In this document: in pieces, positions 8,560-19,010 of the stretch | Layout: each line of letters begins with the position of its first letter | Numbering within the stretch: the first letter of the stretch is position 1 | Assembly (NCBI GenBank): GCA_040752575.1 | Contig: JBFMGK010000055.1 | Location: forward strand, 1-19,010 | Length of the DNA: 19,010 nucleotides | Source: Candidatus Bipolaricaulota bacterium | GTDB lineage: Bacteria > Bipolaricaulota > Bipolaricaulia > UBA7950 > UBA9294 | Reading direction: 5' to 3' | The notes under the pieces: model-generated | What the model was told of the DNA's origin: nothing | Database searches by the model: none | Seen by the model: only the letters and a program-made list of their open reading frames with translations | Position numbers and translations under genes: made by a program

Positions 8560-10004
8560 CGGAGCCCCCTTTCCGCTGGAGCGAAGCCAAGGGCGGCGAG
8601 GGCATCGCGGTCGCTGTGCGGCTCGAACGCCCCGCGCACGATCTGGTAGGTCTCGTGACCCTTTCCTGCGACGAGGATCACGCCCCTGGGCGGCGTGCGT
8701 TCGACCGCGAGTGCAAGGGCCTCGCGGCGGTCGAGGACCACCGAGAACTCGGTGCCCGTGGGTTCCAGGCCGCCGACGATCGCGCGGCAGATCTCCTGGG
8801 GGTCCTCGTTCTTGGGGTTGTCGGTCGTGACCACGACCAGGTCCGCGAAGCGGCCGGCGATCGCTCCCATCTGTGGCCGTTTCCCGCGGTCGCTTCCGCC
8901 GGCGCAGCCAAAAACCAGGGTCACGTTCCGATAGAGCGGGCGCAGCGCGGTAAGGACGCGTTCGAGTCCGTCGGGCGTGTGCGCGTAGTCGACCACGGCC
9001 GCCATGCCGTCGTCGCGCACGAGCGTCTCCCAGCGGCCGGAGACCCGAGGCAGCGAGGCAAGGCGATCGACGACCTCGGCAAACGGGCGGCCGGCGGCGA
9101 GGGCGACACCGAGCGCGGCGAGGGCGTTGTACGCGCCATGACGTCCGTGAACGCTCACCGCGACCTCGGCCTTGCCGTGGGGCGTCCTCAGCGTAACGCG
9201 CAGTCCGTCTTGGTCCTCGCGGAGAATCTCGGCCGTGAGGTCGGCCGGGTGAGACAGGGCGTACGTCATGAGGCGCCCCGTGGCGACGCGCCCGAGCGTC
9301 TCGGAGAACGGGTCGTCGGCGTTGACGACGCCCCAGCCGGAGGGCTTGAGTGCCCGGAAGAGGCGAGCCTTCGCCGCTCCGTAGGCCTCCATGGTGCCGT
9401 GGAGGTCCAAGTGATCGCGCGTCAGGTTCGTGAAACACGCGGCATCCCAGGCGATGGCGCCGAGTCTTTCCTGCTCGAGGCCGGCCGACGACGCTTCGAG
9501 AACGAGCGACCGCTTTCCGGCATCGACCGCCTCGCGCGCGAAGCGCTGAACGACGGGACTTGCCGGCGTTGTGAGCGCGCGCAGGCCCCGGTCGAAGTTG
9601 GCCACCGTGCTGATGACCGCCGTCTCTGCCGGGCCCAGGAGGTGAGCGATGAAGTGGCACACGCTCGTCTTGCCGTTCGTTCCCGTGACGCCCACCGTGT
9701 ACAGCGACCGGGTCGGATGATCGTAGAACGCGGCCGCGAACTGCGCGAGCGCCGTGCGGCCGTCCGCGACGACCCACGTTGGCACCGCGACGTCGGTCGG
9801 TCGCTCCGAAACGACGGCTGCCGCGCCGCGCCGCAAGGCATCGGCGACGAAGTCATGGCCGTCGGCCAGCGCACCTCGGTGCGCGACGAACAGGGCCCCT
9901 GGGGTGACCAGGCGCGAGTCGTCGGTGACTCCCGAGATCTCGACATCGGCCGAAGGCACGGACAAGCCGACGTCCCGCGCGAGAGCGCCGAGGGTAGGAC
10001 TCAC
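8556..10004 (-). CDS. murE: UDP-N-acetylmuramoyl-L-alanyl-D-glutamate--diamino acid ligase
   Basis: DSR...DGHDF, GVTGTNGKTS, LTTP, FTNLTRDHLD.HG, VDYAHTPD, KRPQMG, DNPKNEDP, AGKGHETYQ. GTG start at 10004 overlaps the upstream TGA (GTGA) and has a GGAGG RBS. Confidence 0.92.
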   Translation of the reverse strand: MSPTLGALARDVGLSVPSADVEISGVTDDSRLVTPGALFVAHRGALADGHDFVADALRRGAAAVVSERPTDVAVPTWVVADGRTALAQFAAAFYDHPTRSLYTVGVTGTNGKTSVCHFIAHLLGPAETAVISTVANFDRGLRALTTPASPVVQRFAREAVDAGKRSLVLEASSAGLEQERLGAIAWDAACFTNLTRDHLDLHGTMEAYGAAKARLFRALKPSGWGVVNADDPFSETLGRVATGRLMTYALSHPADLTAEILREDQDGLRVTLRTPHGKAEVAVSVHGRHGAYNALAALGVALAAGRPFAEVVDRLASLPRVSGRWETLVRDDGMAAVVDYAHTPDGLERVLTALRPLYRNVTLVFGCAGGSDRGKRPQMGAIAGRFADLVVVTTDNPKNEDPQEICRAIVGGLEPTGTEFSVVLDRREALALAVERTPPRGVILVAGKGHETYQIVRGAFEPHSDRDALAALGFAPAERGLR

Positions 10005-10528
10005 GACGCCTCCGCCATGCGGTAGACGTAGATCGGATATCCGTCTCGCGCTTCGCCGATGAGGTCGGGCTCCCATCCCCAGATCGGGTGGTAGTACGAC
10101 ACCACGCGCGCGCCGGGCCGGAGCTCGCGGCGGATTCTCTCTTGCAGCTTGAAATTCGAGGTCGCCGAAAGGAAGAGAATCACGACGTCAGCCTGCGAGA
10201 CGTCAAACGCGTACATGTTGCCCCACGCAACTCGTGCCCGTCCGAGGACGCCGGCCAGGGCGATCGCGACCCATGCCCAGGCTACGCGAAAGGGGTCGAT
10301 CTCCACCCCGGTTGCGTTCGCACCAAAGTCGCGCGCTGCGGCGACGACGATGCGACCGTCGCCGCACCCCAGGTCCACGACACGCTCCCCGGTCTTCACG
10401 GCGGCCAGCAACAGCAGGCGCCGCACGGTCACGCGGTCCGTCGGCTGCCACAGAGCGTCGAGCGTGAGATTCCAGCCCACCCACAACAGGCTCGCGGCGC
10501 CGAACGCGAGGCCGAGAGCGAGCCCCAT
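10001..10528 (-). CDS. Class I SAM-dependent methyltransferase with N-terminal TM helix (FAM173/DOT1-like)
   Basis: Hydrophobic N-terminus, WQPT, VDLGCGDGRIV, GVEID, ADVVILFL, ELRPGARVVSY..P..GW.P. ATG 10528 lies 1 nt after the upstream stop. Confidence 0.8.
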   Translation of the reverse strand: MGLALGLAFGAASLLWVGWNLTLDALWQPTDRVTVRRLLLLAAVKTGERVVDLGCGDGRIVVAAARDFGANATGVEIDPFRVAWAWVAIALAGVLGRARVAWGNMYAFDVSQADVVILFLSATSNFKLQERIRRELRPGARVVSYYHPIWGWEPDLIGEARDGYPIYVYRMAEAS

Positions 10529-10529
10529 C

Positions 10530-15134
<4,605 letters not shown>

Positions 15135-15169
15135 GCGCTCCTCCTCTAGGCGTCGGCCCTGTTTGCGAC

Positions 15170-15230
15170 GCGCGCGGCAAGAGTGTAGATGGGGCCTCCG
15201 AATTCCTCAAGCACCGCGATTGCCGCGCGC
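15170..15230. repeat. 11-bp perfect inverted repeat flanking the aor promoter core
   Basis: GCGCGCGGCAA (15170-15180) and TTGCCGCGCGC (15220-15230), 39 nt apart. Confidence 0.55.
15182..15210 (-). promoter_or_regulatory. Sigma70-type promoter for aor
   Basis: Minus strand TTGAGG (15210-15205), 17 nt, TACACT (15187-15182). Confidence 0.65.
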
Positions 15231-15248
15231 CGCGCGTCCGTCTATGCT
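15220..15248 (+). promoter_or_regulatory. Sigma70-type promoter for folE
   Basis: TTGCCG (15220-15225), 17 nt, TATGCT (15243-15248), then a GGAGG RBS before ATG 15265. Confidence 0.65.
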
Positions 15249-15264
15249 CTGCATCGGAGGCGCC

Positions 15265-15822
15265 ATGGACGAGCGACGCATCGAGCAAGGTGTTCGGGAG
15301 ATCCTCGCGGGGATCGGCGGCGAGCTGCTAAACGACGAGGTGCTCGCCAACACCCCGCGACGCGTGGCGGCGATGTTCCGCGAGTTCTTCGCCCACGCTG
15401 CGGAGAATCCGGCCGACGCCCTCGGCGTCGTCTACGAAGAGGCGTACGACGAGATGATCGTTCTCCGCGGCATCCCGTTCTTCTCCCTTTGCGAGCACCA
15501 CCTGCTGCCGTTCCTCGGTACGGCCGACGTGGTCTATGTGCCCCAAGGCGGACGGATTGTCGGTGCGAGCAAGCTTGCGCGCGTCGTCGACATCGCTGCG
15601 GGGCGGCCCCAACTTCAGGAACGCCTGACGTCGCAGATCGCCGACGCACTGGTCGAGCGGCTCGCGCCGCTCGGCGTTTTGGTTCGCGTGGAAGCTACGC
15701 ACCTTTGCATGACGATCCGCGGCGTCAAGAAGCCGGGCGCGACGATGGTCACCTCGGCGATCCGCGGGCGGTTCCACAAAGACCCCGCGTCGCGCGCCGA
15801 AGCGCTCGCGCTGATCCGCTAG
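15265..15822 (+). CDS. folE: GTP cyclohydrolase I
   Basis: TP.RVA, SLCEHHLLPF.G, G.SKLAR, QLQERLT.QIA, A.HLCM..RG..KPG...TSA.RG.F. Start at ATG 15265 with GGAGG RBS. Confidence 0.95.
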   Translation: MDERRIEQGVREILAGIGGELLNDEVLANTPRRVAAMFREFFAHAAENPADALGVVYEEAYDEMIVLRGIPFFSLCEHHLLPFLGTADVVYVPQGGRIVGASKLARVVDIAAGRPQLQERLTSQIADALVERLAPLGVLVRVEATHLCMTIRGVKKPGATMVTSAIRGRFHKDPASRAEALALIR

Positions 15823-16871
15823 CGCGGCCCGACGCGAAGGGCGTCGATCCGCGGATCGGTCGGGTCGAGCGGCGGGACCGAGATCTCCCATCTCTCAGAG
15901 CCGCGCGTTGCGGCGAAACGGACGTCGGCTCTGCCCTCGTGGTCGGCGTATCGGGCGACGAGAGCCGCGCCGAGACGCAGCTCGTCGTCGGAGGGATCTC
16001 CCTCGATCAACGCCGTCGGACCCAGGACGTCCAGCGGCTCAAGGAGCAGAACGCCCGCCGCGAGGCCGGCCAGGCGGGCGTTCTCGCCTTCGTCGCGTCC
16101 GATGACGACGTACGCGCGGTCCGACAGCCGGAAGTGCCGGCCGACGCGCAGCCGCTCGAACTCGGTTCGGTCGACGCCGTCCACGCCAAGGCGCCCGAAG
16201 GCGGCGCGCACGCGAGCGGCATACGCACGCTCGGCAAGAAGACATCCCCCGGCCGACTGCGGGACGTCGCGCAGACCGAATTCCGCGGCGAGCGTCAACT
16301 GCGGCTCGCGGCCTCGCCCCTGAAGCGACCGGAGATCCTCGCGGCGCAACCAGCCGCGGCGGACAGGAAGCGTTTCGGGAAGGAGGTTGGCCGAGAGAGG
16401 GCGTACCAAGAGGTCGCCGAGACCGCTCTCGGCAGCGACGTCGAGAAGGGCGCGGTAGTGTTGGGATTTCGGCCGTTGACCGAGAACCTCGCCGGTCACC
16501 ACGAACTGCGCGCCCTCTTCCTCCATGACGCGTCGCGCGATGCGGAGCATGAACACGTGGCAGTCGACGCACGGGTTCACGCCGACCCCATAGCCGTGCT
16601 TTGGGTGGCGCACGACGTCGAGATGCTCGTCGGTCGCATCGACGACCACGAGGGGCATCGCGAGCCGCTCGGCGGCCGCGCGCAGCCGAACCTGCGTCGC
16701 CTCCCCGCCGCTCCACAGGTGCTGGACGTGAAGCAGGGTGACGTCGACGCCGGCGCGTCGCACCAACAGCGCCGCCAGTTGGCTGTCCAGACCGCCCGAG
16801 AACGCGGCGATCGCTCGGATCCCGCGTCCTGCGGGCGGCGTCGTTTCATGGGTCAGCCCGACGTTCTTCAC
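15819..16871 (-). CDS. PP-loop tRNA thiolation family protein (ThiI/MnmA-like)
   Basis: SGGLDS PP-loop, NPCVDCH, TGEVLGQRPKSQ, RPLSA.LL, GR.R..Q, AGGCLL, VGRHFRL, GRDE.EN. GTG 16871 preferred because ATG 16901 sits inside a TATGAT -10-like box. Start uncertain. Confidence 0.75.
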   Translation of the reverse strand: MKNVGLTHETTPPAGRGIRAIAAFSGGLDSQLAALLVRRAGVDVTLLHVQHLWSGGEATQVRLRAAAERLAMPLVVVDATDEHLDVVRHPKHGYGVGVNPCVDCHVFMLRIARRVMEEEGAQFVVTGEVLGQRPKSQHYRALLDVAAESGLGDLLVRPLSANLLPETLPVRRGWLRREDLRSLQGRGREPQLTLAAEFGLRDVPQSAGGCLLAERAYAARVRAAFGRLGVDGVDRTEFERLRVGRHFRLSDRAYVVIGRDEGENARLAGLAAGVLLLEPLDVLGPTALIEGDPSDDELRLGAALVARYADHEGRADVRFAATRGSERWEISVPPLDPTDPRIDALRVGPR

Positions 16872-16945
16872 AGACCGTTCACATCCTTCTTCGACGATCA
16901 TACCGAACCGAAATCCTACTCAACAGATACGAACAGGAGGTTTCC

Positions 16946-18445
16946 ATGCGCAAGACGACGCTCATCGGCCTCGCCGTCCTCGTTCTCGTCTCGGCAGGGC
17001 TGACCTTCGCCTGGGTGGAGTCACCCCAGGCGACGATTGGCGCTGGGGGGATGGCCGCCGTCGCCCAGGAGCCGTCAGCCGATCAGGCGATCACAGACTC
17101 CGGCCAAGCCGCGATCAAGGCGGCGATCGCCGCCGTGGGACCCGCGGTCGTGCGGGTCGACGTCGTGGGAACGGCCGAGGCCGACACCTCGGTCTTTGAC
17201 TTCTTCAGCGATCCTTTCTTCCGACGCTTCTTCGGAGAGCCGGATGCCGCGCCGGAAGAGCTTGAGACCCAGTCTGTGGGTTCAGGAGTGATCGTCGGCT
17301 TCGAGAACCAGAAGATCGTCCTGACCAACGCGCACGTGGTCGACGGGGCCAAGTCGATCACCCTCACCGACACCGAGGGCTACGAATGGGAGGCGACCGT
17401 GATCGGCAGCGATGAGCTGCTCGACATTGCCGTCCTCCGGATCTCGGGCGATGCGTCCGGCCTGCCGGTGGCGACGCTCGGCAACTCCAGCGGCGTCGAA
17501 CCGGGCGACTGGGCGATTGCGATCGGGAATCCCCTCGGCCTCTCGTACACCGTGACGCTGGGGATCATCAGCGCCACCGACCGATCGATCCCGAAGCCCG
17601 AGGGAAACGGCTCGTTCCACGATCTCATCCAGACGGACGCCGCGATCAACCCGGGCAACAGCGGCGGCCCCCTCGTGAACTCGCGTGGTGAAGTGATCGG
17701 CATCAACACGATGATCGCTCGCTCGTCGGGGAACGGGATCGCCATCGAGGGGATCAACTTCGCGGTTGCGATCGACGGCGTCAAGGACGTTCTGGATCAA
17801 TTGGTGAACCAGGGAAGCGTGGCACGCGGGTGGCTGGGCGTCGGCATCGCTGACGTGACGCCGGCGGCGGCTGCGGAGTTCGGGATCGACGTCGATCTCG
17901 AGGGGGCGCTCATCCTTGAAGCCTTCCCGGGGGACCCCGCCGACGTCGCGGGGATCCAGACTGGCGATGTGGTCGTGCGCATCGGCGAAGCGACGATTGC
18001 CTCGGCCGATGACCTCGCGCGCACCGTCGCGCTCCTCGGCGCCGGCGTGACGGTGGAGATCGAGCTTGTGCGCGGGGACGACACCTTGACGGTCTCCGCG
18101 ACCCTCGATCCGCGCCCCAGCGAGTCGGAACTTGTCGGCTACCGCGGGAAGACCCCGGCCGGCATCGCGAGCGGCGACCTCGGGCTCACCGTCGGGCCCG
18201 TGACGTCTGTCGTCGCGGAGCATCTGGGATTGAACTCCACGAAGGGCGTGGTGATAATGGAGATCGTCGCTGAAGGTCGTGCGGAGAACGCGGGCCTTGA
18301 GGTCGGCGACGTCATCCTCGACGTGGAGGGCACGCCGATCGCGTCGGTGGAGGACTGGAACGCGGCGATCGAGGACCTGGAAGCTGGCGAGACCGTGATG
18401 CTCGCCGTGTACCGGGACGGACGTCTCGCGTTCGTGGAGCTGTAA
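16946..18445 (+). CDS. degP: HtrA/DegP-family serine protease with two PDZ domains
   Basis: Signal peptide, DPFFRRFFG, GSGVI, TNAHVV (His), DIAVL (Asp), QTDAAINPGNSGGPL (Ser), two PDZ domains. AGGAGG RBS. Confidence 0.92.
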   Translation: MRKTTLIGLAVLVLVSAGLTFAWVESPQATIGAGGMAAVAQEPSADQAITDSGQAAIKAAIAAVGPAVVRVDVVGTAEADTSVFDFFSDPFFRRFFGEPDAAPEELETQSVGSGVIVGFENQKIVLTNAHVVDGAKSITLTDTEGYEWEATVIGSDELLDIAVLRISGDASGLPVATLGNSSGVEPGDWAIAIGNPLGLSYTVTLGIISATDRSIPKPEGNGSFHDLIQTDAAINPGNSGGPLVNSRGEVIGINTMIARSSGNGIAIEGINFAVAIDGVKDVLDQLVNQGSVARGWLGVGIADVTPAAAAEFGIDVDLEGALILEAFPGDPADVAGIQTGDVVVRIGEATIASADDLARTVALLGAGVTVEIELVRGDDTLTVSATLDPRPSESELVGYRGKTPAGIASGDLGLTVGPVTSVVAEHLGLNSTKGVVIMEIVAEGRAENAGLEVGDVILDVEGTPIASVEDWNAAIEDLEAGETVMLAVYRDGRLAFVEL

Positions 18446-18493
18446 TAAAGATGGTCGCGGCGTGCTCGCTTGGGCGAGCGCGCCGTGGCTTCA

Positions 18494-18568
18494 CGGAGAG
18501 TAGCGCAGTCTGGTTAGCGCGCAGCGTTCGGGACGCTGAGGCCGCCGGTTCGAATCCGGCCTCTCCGA
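18494..18568 (+). tRNA. tRNA-Pro(CGG)
   Basis: Acceptor CGGAGAG/CTCTCCG, D arm TAGCGCAGTCTGGTTAGCGC, anticodon arm CAGCG-TTCGGGA-CGCTG, T arm GCCGG-TTCGAAT-CCGGC. CCA not encoded. Confidence 0.95.
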
Positions 18569-18574
18569 CTTCGC

Positions 18575-18645
18575 GCGGGAGTAGCTCAATGGTAGAGCAC
18601 TGGCCTTCCAAGCCGGTGATGCGGGTTCGATCCCCGTCTCTCGCT
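18575..18645 (+). tRNA. tRNA-Gly(TCC)
   Basis: Acceptor GCGGGAG/CTCTCGC, D arm TAGCTCAATGGTAGAGC, anticodon arm CTGGC-CTTCCAA-GCCGG, T arm GCGGG-TTCGATC-CCCGT, discriminator T, followed by CCG. Confidence 0.95.
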
Positions 18646-18820
18646 CCGAGCCCGGAAGGTTCCGAGCACAGGAGCCGACGTCGAAGCAAGTTCGCGGGGT
18701 TGTGCGGCCCAGCGCGAGCGCAACTCCCCCCAAGACGAACGAACTTCGGCCCTGGGCGCTGAGATGGAGAGGCCGGGCTGAACGGCGTGGTATGATGAAG
18801 GCCGTTCAGCCAGGTGAAGC

Positions 18821-18996
18821 GAGCTGACGAGCGAGGAGTTGCGAGATCCACGGCGAGAGCAACTCCCAAGCTGAACAGCAGGTTCATGGAGCTGTTCAGC
18901 CACGCGAGATGAGCTGACGAGCGAGGAGTTGCGAGATCCACGGCGAGAGCAACTCCCAAGCTGAACAGCAGGTTCATGGAGCTGTTCAGCCACGCG
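18821..18996 (+). repeat. Tandem direct repeat: two identical 86-bp units at a 90-bp period, each with two hairpins
   Basis: 18821-18906 is identical to 18911-18996. Hairpins GGAGTTGC/GCAACTCC and GCTGAACAGC/GCTGTTCAGC in each unit. Confidence 0.95.
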
Positions 18997-19010
18997 CCCG
19001 TAGCTCAGGG
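18994..19010 (+). tRNA. 5' end of a third tRNA (Arg-like), truncated by the window edge
   Basis: GCGCCCG-TA-GCTCAGGG is a 7-nt acceptor strand, then TA, then a D-stem start. The 5' end resembles tRNA-Arg genes, but the anticodon is not visible. Confidence 0.7.

Noticed and set aside
6883..9777. 964-aa ORF as an extended adenine deaminase or MurE-Ade fusion
   Set aside because: The N-terminal ~400 aa is an alternate frame of murE. ade starts at ATG 8559 with an RBS and ATGA coupling, and murE has its own stop.
18645..18780. att site or integrated element at tRNA-Gly
   Set aside because: No duplicated tRNA 3' end and no integrase in the window.
18824..18850. Hammerhead ribozyme core (CTGACGA-GCGA GGAG TTGC-GAGA)
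   Set aside because: CUGANGA and a possible stem II are present, but the required GAAA reads GAGA, stems I and III with a UH site could not be built, and the longer stem A competes. A cmscan run would settle it.
18870..18900. Integron attC site (GCTGAAC...GTTCAGC)
   Set aside because: Only 31 bp, does not fit RYYYAAC/GTTRRRY, and there are no cassette ORFs or integrase.
18312..18993. Minus-strand ORFs with 30-aa repeats (18312..18977, 18586..18993)
   Set aside because: They run antisense through tRNA genes; the peptide repeat simply follows from the 90-bp period.
18821..18996. CRISPR array
   Set aside because: The units are 86 bp and identical with no unique spacers, there are only two exact copies, and no cas genes are in the window.

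Overview
High-GC, gene-dense bacterial core-genome segment with no integrase, transposase, phage or CRISPR signal. Left to right: the 5' part of an AcuC/HDAC-family deacetylase (missing from the ORF track); a PKD + transglutaminase-like lipoprotein; trkA-trkH; a secreted S55 (SpoIVB-like) peptidase with apparently circularly permuted catalytic halves; murF; a tightly coupled minus-strand run (gyrB, small beta-barrel-like protein, membrane-anchored methyltransferase, murE, adenine deaminase); a tungsten-type aldehyde ferredoxin oxidoreductase divergent from folE; a PP-loop tRNA thiolase-like gene divergent from degP/htrA; tRNA-Pro(CGG), tRNA-Gly(TCC) and the first 17 nt of a third tRNA. Several sigma70-type promoters with 17-bp spacers are visible. 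The most unusual element is the ~350-bp tRNA spacer. It holds two identical 86-bp two-hairpin units at a 90-bp period, preceded by diverged hairpin copies that keep their base pairing, which makes it a candidate structured RNA or repeat element. All calls are by eye; no database search was run.
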